Source: Rhizodiscina lignyota
Taxonomy: Eukaryota
Assembly (NCBI GenBank): GCA_010015805.1
Contig: ML978124.1
Coordinates: forward strand, 1,612,001-1,676,000
DNA length: 64,000 bases
Direction: 5' to 3'
This document shows, one piece after another, positions 40,849 through 54,462 of the stretch (positions are counted from its first letter, which is position 1; each line of letters starts with the position of its first letter). The position numbers and the translations under genes were made by a program. The notes below the pieces were generated by a model. It saw only the letters and a program-made list of their open reading frames with translations, was not told where the DNA came from and ran no database searches.

Positions 40849-42544
40849 GGCTCCAAGAGTGAATAACGAAAGACTTGAACGGAAAGTCATTCGAGAAAGG
40901 ACATGCGGAATTAAAATCAAGTTATGAGCCCAAGGGCCCAGCAAACAACATGCAGGACACTGCCAGAACTGGTAGGTCACGATGGTTCTAAAATAAACAG
41001 ATAACGAATATTGGGAAGGCGCTGCCGGCCCTTGCAATGGTAGCAAACCATGTTCCTTGAAGCAGCGGTTGATCAAGATCGGTTCTTCAACTGTCTGTGG
41101 ATGGATATAATCGAAGTTTATCTAGGTTACGAGAGAAGGTAATCTGTAAAAGCGCTGTACGAGGATGCGGTGAGATCGGCTAGCAGGCGATACACATGGT
41201 CCAACCCTTTTCGAATACAAGAGTCAAGAAGCTTATGGTCTGGTGAGACGGCCCACACTGTTGACAATAACGCGGTAGAAGCAAATTGATCTCCAGATGT
41301 TTGCATGTCCACGCGGCTGGCATGCTCGGGCCCATAACATTGTGTATTTCCTGGAAATGGCAGGTACGACATCGTACGCCAGTCCAGTGTAGCGTAGTTA
41401 GTTTACAGAGTGGTGGGCGTAGCCTATCAATCCGCAAAAGTACAATCGCTCGATGGAAACGTGGGAAGTCGGGAGGGCTGGACTCTTGATCTAGAGGATC
41501 TCGCCGGGGAATTTTCAGACGAGCAGGGTAGAGACCCTGCAATAAAGCCGACTGAGCTTGACCGCAACAGGGGAATGATCGAAAGGATGGGGAAAAAAAT
41601 ATTGGATGGCTGTTGTTTGTCAGGGGATGTCAGAGCCAAGACATGGCCAGAGCTCCAACATGGGTTCGTGGAGCCGCATGTGGCAGCTGGGTTGGGCGAG
41701 CGGCAAATCATCTTCCGCGCTGGCTTTCCCACCTCAGTGAACTGGAATGCAACTCACGCACCAAAGTACTCAATCAGTACAAAGCATATGCTCCTTTCCA
41801 CTTCGTATACGGAGTCTATTATGGGAGCTTTGGAGAATGGCACTCCCTTCCGGTCCCCCTGAAGGAATTAAGGCCCCGCGAGCGAGACATAAGGAGCGGA
41901 ATACGAAGCCTCAAATAGGGGTGTTCTGATTAGTCATTGGGAATATGAAAAGGACATGATTTTCTTTGTGGCCTTCGATTTACACTGATTGTCGTATTTG
42001 GTCGCTCAAGCACAAAGAGCTAGCGAACGGTGACAGTACGACCTTGGACCAAGTCGCGGCTCTTCGATGTTTCTGACCGTGTTGCATTTATCGCATGATT
42101 GCCCCAAAGACTTACTCGTACGTCTTTGAGTACCAAAATATGCAAGAGCTTGTTAGACCCGTGCCCCTTAGTCAGCCTGCATAAAAACCTGTGTTCCAGA
42201 CGAACCGGATCACTGGTGCGTTTGCACTGCTTCGCTCGAGTGAGGTGGATTGCTGCTGTCGAGCGATACCGTAATGTGCTCTCAAAGTTGGCCATGGAGA
42301 ACGAGAGCAGGACCTGTCGGAAGCCTCCACGAATAAGGTTGAAGGAGGCTCGACAAAATGCCCCAAGGACCGGGGAAATACTGTGAGAGATTTTTTATTT
42401 GGTATGAGCTTACAAGAACTTTCCAGATAAATGTTTGACTTTGATGCAAATGGAGACTACTGAAGTATTTGCAAGAACAAAAAACCATATAAGCCGAGAT
42501 TGTCTGTAGGCTCATCTTTTGCATCCCTGACCCGACCGCAGCAT

Positions 42545-44030
42545 TTACGACAGTAATCTCTGTGGACCTGGCGAACCTGGAGTCGTATGTGCTGGCGACA
42601 CAGCCGAAACCTGTGGCGACGTCGCGGAAACCTGCGAGTCCATCTCATGCGCATCTCTCACAGAGTCTGCCGAAAGTTCTGTGGGTTCCATAGGTGGCGA
42701 AGACGCTGGTGAGAACGGTGGTTTCCCGGCTGGATACATCATCGAAGCGTCTTGATAGTGGAAGTCTCCCGCGGGATGCGGAGTCCAGCCATGCATTGGT
42801 GCGCCTTGGGTGTAGTGTTGTGGTGGCATTTGCATATGCGGGGCCGGGCCGTATTGCGGTGCGTCCTGATATTGAGGTGGTATTTGCTGCTGTGACTGGT
42901 TCTGACGACGACGTTTTCGAGCGATGCCGAGCAAAATAAGAACAATGAGGAGTAGCAATACTGGGACAGCCACACCAACACCAATCCCGGCTTTTGCACC
43001 TGTTGACAGGCCGGAGGAAGGAGCGGAAGTGGGTGAGGTGCTATTGCCTGTTGATTCTGCTGCTTCTGACCCGGTTGATGTTGTCTGCATCGATTGACTT
43101 GTCTCTGTGTTTTGGCTTGATTGTGTCGGGGTGGGGGAAGTGGGCCCAGGACTTGTCGCCGCTGCGTTTGTAGATGGCTGTGGCTTTTCTCCGGGATTGA
43201 TCAGGACCTTTGAAGTTGGTGCGGCGCGATAGGTTGTGAATTGCGTAAACGGTGACGGAGTGTCTATGAGCAATGTAGTATGTCAGTTGCCCGTCATACT
43301 CTGTCAAAGCTTGTGCGTGCGCTCGTGCACTTACATCCAGCAATTACAGTGCTCACCCATGTACTTGTGTCGGAAACGACCGTTGGGGAGAAGTATCCGG
43401 TGGAGCCTCCGGTCTTTGTCGGCAGCGATACGTAGGGCGCGAGTGCGGTTGGAGCGGAAAGGCCAACTCTTGCGTTACTACCCATGGCTTTGCAACCACG
43501 AGGCTCAAGGACAAGCAAGTCGTAAGTTGAGTTCCATTCGCAGCCGCAGCTCTCGGGAGAATGGCACACCCATTGGTCGGCGACATCTAAACGCGGTCGC
43601 CTAAGTCAGCAAGTCAACAAGACGCGAATGGGGGGAGTCACAACGAACCTTGCTCATCGCAGTACTCCAAGCCAATCCATGGTGATAAGGTTGCATTCCA
43701 CCCGCATTTATATGGGCACGCCGGATCTTTATAGTTGACATCTGTGCAACCGTACCTAGAAACAGAGAAGTTAGAGAAGACTCGGGGGCCAAGGATCTCT
43801 ACGTATGAGTACTGGTAGGTGTCTCCGGTGATATAGTCCCAGCAAGCGTTGCCTGATAAACATATGTCTCCTAACAAACAGCAGGCTGAAGTGCCAGTGT
43901 TGTTACAAGCAACCAGGTTTGATGGACCGCGATATTGGGCTCCTGGTCCATAGTAGCACTGCTGCTGTCCGGCAACAAGGAGAACGAAAGCGAGGCAAAG
44001 TAAGAGAAGAGCTGTTAGTGGTGACGACAT
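42545..44030 (-). CDS. Type I membrane protein: signal peptide, Cys-rich ectodomain, S/T stalk, single TM helix, P/Q-rich cytoplasmic tail; 4 exons
   Basis: MSSPLTALLLLCLAFVLLVAG; QQCYY...SACCLLGDICLSGNAC...YGCTD; SSGLSTGAKAGIGVGVAVPVLLLLIVLILLGIARKRRR. Confidence 0.85.
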
Positions 44031-45754
44031 GGAGAAATGCTGTTGTCGAAAAGATGAAGTGCGAAAACAGTGGTAAAGGGAGAGAGGGGAAGAGAAGCCA
44101 TCGATTCGCTCCCATGAACCAGACGCCCGGGAAAAGCGTCCACCTATTAACAAATAGATGGCTTATTTGACGTTACATCTTCAGCCTTGTGGAAGGAGCG
44201 AATGTAGCAAACACATGCTGCTCCAAGTCTAGCCCCGGCAAGCTGAAACTTGGCAATACGATTTGGCAAGAAGTAAAGGCGCCTTGCAGGGCTTAGTACT
44301 CGGTCTGTTTGGTTCGCTTGAAGCTAGTTAGCCTCTTGAGGGCTGCAAATACGAAGTCGGTGAAAGAGTGGTGAGCGGTGTCTCTTCGTTTAACGCCCTG
44401 GGAAGCGATGGGAAGCGACAACATAGTACTGCATTCTTGTTTACTAAGTGTACTTGGCATCCCAATTGCAATGGCAATGCCTAGGTATTCGCGTTCAACG
44501 CTGTTTTCCCTTGTATTGACGAGACGTTCCAGGGATGCGCCTTCTAATTTGCAGGAGTTCTGCTGTGCCGCAGAGACACTGATGCCGAATTTTATCCATC
44601 GTTTAGCCGTATTCTAACCGCCGACACATTCCGTAAATGGAAAGGAGTCACAGTGCAGACGCAGGGCGTTACCACCAATGAGCACGCTCTCCAGAGAAGG
44701 GTTGCTTGTCCGGGTCTGAGTGTGGAACGAAAAGTTGACCAGATATGCAGTTGTTTCAGCCTCATTCATCTATCCTATACAGCTTACTATTCGATTACAA
44801 ACGCTTTAGGGAGGGGCTTGAAGCTCACCACAATTGTCTCTCAGACTCGCCATACCAGTTACATCTCATGTGTCGTAGTAATAGAGATCTTTGAGAGAAT
44901 TCTGTTCTTTAGACGGGGAATTTCTGCCGCTTTTATTAATAGCCTTCGCGACTAAGGATAGTGTGGTGACTATGAACAGCCTCGCGACGATCGAAAGGAA
45001 CAAAAAGCCATATTGCGTTATCTGGTAGAACGGTCTCTAGATAAGGTACTCCTGAACATTAACACAACGATGAAAGCAAGTTCCTTATATGCCCAGAAGC
45101 CCGCCCTTAGAGATCGTAGCCGTATCTTTGCTGTTGGGGTGTTATTTAACATTAGCCTACTGCCTCGACCATGACCGCGCATGCTCAGTTACAGTTTCAG
45201 AGCTGAACGGCGAGTAATGACAACAAACGTAGCATCGGAGTTTCAAGAGTTGAATTTCATTACAGTAAGGATTATTGAGGCCATGAAATACAAGTGAGAA
45301 TTCGATGTAAGGCCTCCGGACCCGCCGAAAGCAGTCTCCGGAAATGAACGTGAAGTCTGCAATGTAACGCCTCGAGCCTGACAAGCAAGACGAACGGTTG
45401 AACGTCGACTGCACTCAAAGTATGGATTAGAAAGAGAAATGAAACAGGCATCAAAAATGTAACCGACAGAAAAGAAAGTATCCACAAGAAAATAGCGCCT
45501 ATCGCAAGCCAATTGCGGCCATGAACATCGACCCGATCTGGTCGTCCGAATGCCATCTTTGAATTTTATCAGCTTCCTCCAGTCTTCATAGACTTCTCGG
45601 GCTGAACGTGGATCCTGGAGCGCTCGGTCAGGGCGACATTGCTGGGGATCATCTGCAGCGGCATCCCCCCGCAAGCATGTCTGACGGCTTCATGCGCCAC
45701 AATTGGTTCATAATCTAATATCGACTCTTGGCTCATCCAACTGCAAATCGAAGA

Positions 45755-46351
45755 TTAATACCGAAGGCGAGTGTAAGCAGGCTGTCGCCTCAGATTGCGA
45801 TATTCCTGAGCTGGTGGAGTGGGCTCATAAATTGTGGCCTGGAGAGCTTCGTTCGTCGCAGCGCGAACCGCACACAGATCGAGATAGTAGCTGGCTGGTA
45901 TACGATAGTCGTGCATTGGAGCTTGCGCCATGTGTAGTGGGTTCTCTTGCGCAGTAGCAAGAGAAGATCGGTACTGGCGGTGGCTGTGATCGCGACTGTC
46001 GCGCTCCTTTCTGCGATGTTCGGAGTGCGATTTGGATGAATGGCGCGTCCTCTGCCGCACTGCAGCCGGCCTTGGTGCTACTGTCTCTGCCACAGGAATC
46101 GCAAAGTGCACTTTGAGTTCTGGCTCTTGTCGCGGAGGGTCGCGTCTTGTACCATTACCGCGCAGAGTGCCATTAGCATTAACCGCGGGAGCGCTTGGAG
46201 GGTCTCGCTTGACGCCGTGGCCTCTGAGCGGCTCATAGCGCACGTGGGCCGGCAGTTGCTGATAGGTCACCCTCCTCTTTCTAGGTCGATGATCTTCGTG
46301 CGTGGTGGCCGGGTACCTGCGCTTTCTAGAAGAAGGAATGTAAAGGCACAT
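45755..46351 (-). CDS. Possible orphan basic (R/P/H-rich) protein
   Basis: ~198-aa ATG ORF (MCLYIPSSRKRRY...) with an internal repeat G.GxxRDPP; no recognisable domain. Confidence 0.35.
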   Translation of the reverse strand: MCLYIPSSRKRRYPATTHEDHRPRKRRVTYQQLPAHVRYEPLRGHGVKRDPPSAPAVNANGTLRGNGTRRDPPRQEPELKVHFAIPVAETVAPRPAAVRQRTRHSSKSHSEHRRKERDSRDHSHRQYRSSLATAQENPLHMAQAPMHDYRIPASYYLDLCAVRAATNEALQATIYEPTPPAQEYRNLRRQPAYTRLRY

Positions 46352-47927
46352 CGTGGTAAGGAGGAAATAAGATATTAGGATACTCTGACGTGGCAGCCGG
46401 TGAGAGGACGGGGTGATGCAAGGCACTGACAGCGGGAGACCCAGATGCAAGAAAGAGGGTGCTGCAGATATACGTATCTCCATCCGGCCCAGCTTGTTTC
46501 TCGCGTGATCTCGCGGGGAATGGAGTCTACCTAGTGCGCAGCAGCACCTGATGTCTCATGGTGAGATGGGAGAAGGAGGGCACACTGCCGACCTCAGGAT
46601 TCGCGCATTCCGTGCAAGACTGACCTCGAAGAGCTGGGGCGGCATGGAGTCGACGGGCGTGTTTTGCCGGGATGCTGCCCAATGATGGCCGCCGGGGTTT
46701 GCTGACGAGGCCACTCACATTGTCGCAAAGACAGGGTAAGCGCTATCTGTGGTGGGAGTGACATTGAAGGTGGTGTGGAGGGTTGCGCTCACGAGCGAAG
46801 TCTTGTGACCTGTGATGGAGGATCATGGCTTGCATGATGCATCTACCGAAACTGCAGCTTGCATGCACTCACAGCGGGCTCAGCCGAAGCCAAACCACTG
46901 CGTACTGCATCACCATCCACCGAGCGCAGCGCATATGGCAGTTGTGAGCCTCGTCGAGCCTTTACGTCGTCGTCGTCGGCGCGCCGCGAGCGGGAGAAGG
47001 AGTACGAGGAGCCAATTGCGGGAGTCAATTGAGAGGAATCGCATCGGCCCGCTCCAAGACCATGCGCTATTTGCTATGGATAGCGTCTCCTGCCCTGGTC
47101 GCGAACTTCCCAGGATCCAAACTCCTCCCCTCCATCACCATCATCTGGCAGCACCATCCTGGACGGGACGTGCTCTTGATCAGAACACGCCTGTTTCGGT
47201 GCGCATCCGGCCGCACGTTCTGAGGTCAGGCTTCCTCAGATTGTCGAAGCTTCCCTCAGGCGGGAGGTCGTCTTGCCGAATGGAGGGCTCACTCGACACT
47301 GCTTCTGCTCAGACGTCTCGAAAACAGTCATGAGTCGCACGGTTCAGCGATGTATTGATCGGCTCATTTTGAACCGAAAGGGAAGGTCGGCACCTTTCTA
47401 GGCCCCCGGACGATGACTGTTCAGGTTTCCAAAGCGTCTGCCATGGATTGCTCCACCACCTATTGGAATCTGGAGTGAGCCCAGAAACGCGCAAATCGCC
47501 TTCGAGCTTCACGAAAGCTTGCGACGACTGGCTGAGTTTCTTCGGCGAAAGCAAGATTTGCACGCGGGAGACGGGACGGCACGCCGATGCGCAGTTCGCG
47601 CCCTTTTCCAGTCAGCACGGTGCTGCCGTTCGCATGTGCAACTGGAACATGACGAACAAGGCCTGAATTGCTTGCGGGTGGAGAACCTGAAGAATCGCAA
47701 TCCAGCGCTGGATGGAGAGCTGCAATGACAAACCGCTAAAATGGTTGACACAGCGGCCTTTACCGGACTAAGAGACAGCCATTATGCAACTCTGTCGCAC
47801 GATTCTGGACTATGTGTGAGCGTCAAAGATACTACGCGGGTGACCTCCCTCCTCCGAAAGCGGCGACTTTCTTCAAGCCAAAACAGCCACCTGCGAACTC
47901 CAGTGTGCTCGGAAAACTCGGCGCAAA

Positions 47928-48391
47928 TCACTGAGCTTCACTATCTCCTGATGCTGGAGTCATTTGAAGTGTACTTGGTTCCGTCTTCACCATCAAGCCC
48001 CCCGCTCCGTCAACTGCTGTCTCAGTCTGCGTCTCCGTATGCTCCGTGCTCAGATGTCGCTGCTTGATGAAAGCACTCGCCATAATCGCAACAGCCGATA
48101 TGTCGGTGTACATTATGCACATATTCCGTAGACTCCACGCGAAAGCGCTTGCACTAACAGCCACTGTGCAGCGTCTCGGATAGACCAGAGGATCTCCACA
48201 TTTGCCGTGCTTGACCACCGGACAACGCCTCGAGGACAGATTCCCTGAGACCAGCAGCAGTAAGAGATGGTCGGCAGGCAGTCGTAGTATTCTGGAACAT
48301 TACCCGCCGAGCACGACGGACAACATTGTTGCTGAGCCGCTAATAAAACTCAAGATGGCTAGGATAGGAGTGCGGCGCCGATATCGCCAAT
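47928..48391 (-). pseudogene. C-terminal relic of a DHA2 (14-TM) MFS drug:H+ antiporter with several frameshifts
   Basis: Piecing frames gives LSFI...LSVVLGG / VMFQN...LTAAGL...EALSGGQA / ANVEILWSI...Q / AFAWSLRNMCIMYT..SAVAIMASAFIKQRHLSTEHTET. Shifts near 48303, 48207 and 48148. Confidence 0.75.
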
Positions 48392-49246
48392 AGTTTCAAA
48401 CCCAATGATTCTTATGATGGTTTCCTTGAATCAAAAACTAATTTACAGTCCTATCCTCAACATTCCAGTCATTTTGAATGCCTCCTCAATTATTTTGGCG
48501 GCACAATAAGGCAGGACGCAAACTCTCATTCAAAATGCCCTCAACGCCGTACATCACATGATCTCGTTCACCCCTCGCGGCCTTTACCAAATGTCGATGA
48601 ACGATATCCGACTGGCTTTGCTGCATTGCGGCAGATGGATCGTAAAGGCTACCCCCACCCAATAGAAAAGAGAAAAGAATACGCACTCAAATGGAGTTTC
48701 GAAATGATTGAGGCTCATATGGAGGAAATTACCACAGCAATCGAGTAATGCGCCCCAGGACTGATCGTAGAATTCAGCATATCAGGAGTATTTTGGCGAA
48801 GAGTTTCCGAATCGAGCTGCGGGCAGATGTTGAAGTTTCTGGATTCGTTCTGGAGAACGGGAAACCATGCCTCCTGACTTCATGGCTTCTATGGATCTGG
48901 TCATGATGATGGTCCTCAATTTCTTCCGAATAAGGGGACTTTGATCAGCTGGATGATGATCACCGTAAACTCCATAGATTGGATGATAATTAACTCATTC
49001 GATTCCGGCGCAACATCGGAAGTTTACTTTTGCAGTAGAGCTGTTGTTTTTCTTTTGCCGTATTCCACCGTACATACTCCGTGGTGCCGTGAAATATTGA
49101 ACCTTTATCGTAGAGTAATCCGCAGGAACATGAGAATACAAATGTGAGAAACGTAGAATTAATCCCGAAGTTCTTTCATGTCCTTTGTCCTCAGTACTCG
49201 AGATGGCAACGGAATCACATCCGCGACGAATTTGAACGCCAGCGGC

Positions 49247-49533
49247 TCACATGAGCTGACGATAACTAAGTAAAGGCTCTTGTCAGGAGAACACAGGTGC
49301 CGTGCTAGCTATTGAACATACCCAAACAAGAAGCCTCCAAGCGAGACAATCATTGACGCTTTGTAGTAGAGCGGCAATTTTGATGGGTGAACTGCCCTGA
49401 GAGGCCGCATGGGGTCTTCCGATGTAACTGAATTGACTGAGAGTGAACTTCGAGAAGCCTCTGGGATATTGTAGGGAAGAGACACATTGGACGAGGCCGC
49501 TACTTTCAAGTACCCATCGCCTTGGAGAGCCAT
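49247..49533 (-). pseudogene. Truncated 5' fragment of an MFS sugar porter gene
   Basis: Exon 49533-49322 ends ASMIVSLGGFLFG. An intact GTATGT...CTGAC...TAG intron follows, then GY-RQLM-stop instead of the GYDxG expected for sugar porters. Confidence 0.65.
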
Positions 49534-50059
49534 GACTGTGAAGGTGAAGTCGGAACGAGATAGAAGATTACTGTCAGTATTGAGTTAGTTTTGAAGTCAC
49601 TGTGGAGAAAAGTATGTTGGATGAGGCTGTACGCAAGTGGTAGCCTTGCCGCGTTGACTCAAAATGTCTAAACGTGCGATGTCGTGGCGGCCAAAGTCAG
49701 TACTCCGTACCTCAAGTCACATTCAAAAGTGGAAGGTACGATCTAGTCGCGACTACTTAGCCAGATCAATTTATTTAGCGGAAGTTTTACTTCGTATGGA
49801 TGCTCAGTCAACCCCTCGCGATTCAACCCCAGAAGAGGAGGCCGATCGTGAGGCCCGCAAATCGGCCGTCATGACTGCGAGCGCAAAGAAGAGTTGGAGT
49901 AGAGAAAACAACGCTACATTTGGACTTTCTGGTTCGGGTTCGGGATTTCTAGATGCGCTGTAGGGTACATAGGTGAAATCAAGAATGCAACTGCACTTTC
50001 GTCCTTCCGTCACCCGTTCGTTCTGTGCGGGTAGGATGCATAATGATATAGCGGACGAC

Positions 50060-51684
<1,625 letters not shown>

Positions 51685-51964
51685 GGTGAGTGGATTGGGA
51701 AGGAGGAGAAATGGAAAATCAGGAAGAGGCGGAGGTCGAGGTCGAGGATTGCGAGCCCAGGCGCTCTTGGTCCTGCCCCGCCGGCGGTTAATGTTCGGGA
51801 GAGGATTCGTGGGGGAATTGGCCGTCTTGTGTTTGCATGACGTGCATGTCATCGAACACTCTTCGTCCAGTGTCGGTATCAGATCAATGACCGTGAATGT
51901 CACTCACATATACACCTTCCGAACCTGAGGACCTAAAATACTAAGCTTCCTGCCACCATGAGTG

Positions 51965-52880
51965 ATGCTGCGTCCTTCGCGCCGTTTTTCGTCCCATCTC
52001 CCTTTGCCGTCGCGTCTGCCCTCTGCACGATGCTTTCGTACCACGCGTATCTTGAGAGATGACGCATTCCCTGATCACTATGAAACGCTCGGCGTGCCTC
52101 AGAACGCGTCTCCTGGTGACATAAAGAAGTATGTCATCGGATTGCCATTGATCGCTGTATACTGATGCCCGCCACAGACAATTCTATAGCCTCTCAAAGC
52201 GCCACCATCCGGACCTGAACCCTAATGACTCGACCGCATCCAGTCGTTTCGTCAAGATAAGCGAAGCTTACCACGTGCTTGGCTCATCTGAGAAGCGCAA
52301 GCGTTACGACCGAGACTGGCACCGCGCTCACGGAGTTGGCCATCATCACGGTTCAGTTGCTCGAGGCTCCTTCAGCTCCCACAGTAGTGGACCGGCCGGC
52401 AGCAGACCAGCGTCTGGACTCAGTCGTCGCCGCACGCAGTTTCGAGGCCCTCCGCCATCATTCTACCGCAGTGGCGGTTATGGCGACCACGGTGCCAAGC
52501 GCTCTCAGTATCAGTATACTGGCCAATCGGAGCCGCCTCCGCCTGGTGGATCTGAATCATCTTCTGGAGGATATGGTCCAGGCCAGGGCGAGCCGGTCTA
52601 CGATCCGAACATCCCCCATTGGAATCGAGCATCTCACAAGCGAACGCATGAAGGACTGGCAGGGCGGAGGGAGTGGGTTGTGCAGGCGCAGGCAGACGCA
52701 AGAAGAGATTATGAGGCTTTGAAAGACAGCACAGGCCTTGCGACCAACTTCCTCGTTGTGCTTGGGTTGGTCCTCATTGGTGGCGGGATTGGATCAGGGG
52801 TATGGAGAAGCATGCATGCGGATGCGGGGAAAACCAAGAAGAAAGATAAAAAGGGCAGAGAAGGTGCTGGCGATCAGTAA
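51965..52880 (+). CDS. J-domain (DnaJ-like) protein with mitochondrial-type presequence and C-terminal TM helix; 2 exons
   Basis: R/S/L-rich N-terminus; DHYETLGV...IKKQFYSLSKRHHPDLNP...ISEAYHVLG..EKRKRYD; TM segment FLVVLGLVLIGGGIG. Confidence 0.88.
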
Positions 52881-53087
52881 GTCAATCGATCCCAAAGGGC
52901 ACATTAGACGAGCTTTCATATGGCGCAAAGCATCAGATTTGTTGAGAACCACTTTTTGGACACCTTTCCAAGAATTGTAGACTACCATTGACTGTACAAA
53001 GTGCATCGGCTCATAGAACTATTGTAGACAAGAATACACAGATCTATGTTGGGACCTTGATGGGGTAATAGACAAGTAATGATACAT

Positions 53088-54462
53088 TTAGCCCTCGAAG
53101 ACGAAGTTGGCACCAATCTGATACAATGTTAGTTTGTTAACAATATCAGACACAAATAAATCACGAACCTTGTGGCCGGCCTCGTTGAGCTTCTGGGTGT
53201 CGAATGAAGCACCAATGCCCAGAGTGAAGCCTGGGTTGACCTTGGTGTTGTAGGCAATGGATGCGATGCCACGGTCGTTGATCTTGGCCTGTTCATTCGT
53301 CAGCGCATATGTAAATCTCTCAGGATATTCAACAAATCGCCATAACAGACCTTAGCGAAGCTCATGGGGTCGATCTTGTACTTGCTAGCAACCTCCAGAC
53401 CGACAGTTGAGCTGCTCTTGACGTCGTACGCGGCCTTTGTGCCAACCTCAACCGCAGCATTGACCTTCTGGTAGTACGATGCAGTGAAGATGCTCAGGTT
53501 GTTCGTGGCAGTCACCGCAGCAGTGATGCTTGGCGTCGAGTAGCCGAGAGCAGCAGAGTAGCGGGAGAGAGCGGCCTTCTGGACGTCGTATCCAACCTCA
53601 CCACCGACCATGAAGCCTTCGTGGCTCATGACACCGTCAACAATAGCCTGGACATTGCCACCGGGGACGAGGTCGAAGAAGGCGCGGGTGTGGAACATGG
53701 GCTGCTTGAAGAAGAGGTTGAGCTTCTGCGCGCCAGGGCCCTTTGCGGGCTTGAACTGGCTGGAAACCTCGGCCTTTAGGCCCTGGGCGATGGTGTTGTC
53801 GAGCTCAACCTTGAAGTTGAGGGCGTCGGCCGGCGTGGCCCACGAGTTCGTAATGCTGATGCCTTTTGCGCGACAAGTTAGCGACGCTGCTGCGCCAGGC
53901 GGCCGACTCGGCCAAACTCCTGGTATTAAAGAGATCGCGAGATGAATTCTTGTGTGGGGTATTATGGGATAGGGCGCAATGAAGGAGAGATGGTGGATGT
54001 GAATACCATTTGCAAGAACCTTCTTGCCCTCGACCTGTTGCGTCTGATGTATTAGCTATCTCTCTTCCTCATATTTTGAGCTTGGAATTGCTCTTACCGA
54101 GGAACTGATGGCGCCCTCGTGGGGAGATGTGCCCTTGGTAGTGAATGAGACGCCATTGGGAGCCTTGAGCTTGACCTCAAGATTTGCTGGTACACCGTTA
54201 GTCTGAGTTCCGACGCCGTTGCTCCCACGTTGTAGCTACGTACCCGCAAGCGCGTGGTAGAAGTCCTTGTTGATAAGCTGGACAACACGACATTAGCACC
54301 TATGCTCTACGCTCCATCTTGTGATGCATGTCTTACGTCGTTTGATGGCTTCGCGATGTCAGCGAAAGCTGGGACGGGCAGCTTGGGCGCAGCGGGCGTA
54401 GCTACAGGCGCTGAAGTAGCGGCCGAGCCCTTGCCGGTGAGGTCGGAGAATTGAGAGGACAT
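53088..54462 (-). CDS. POR1: Mitochondrial outer membrane porin (VDAC); 7 exons
   Basis: PAFADIAKPSNDLINKDFYH, LEVKLKAPNGVSF, GGEVGYDVQKA, ASYYQKVN, KAKINDRG, DTQKLNEAGHKIGANFVFEG*. Confidence 0.95.

Noticed and set aside
31495..44030. Glycosidase, BTB, copper radical oxidase and membrane protein as a functional gene cluster
   Set aside because: There is no backbone biosynthetic enzyme or cluster regulator and no shared motif; adjacency alone is insufficient.
53863..54006. Longer VDAC intron with a small GC hairpin as intronic snoRNA
   Set aside because: No properly placed C/D or H/ACA boxes were found.
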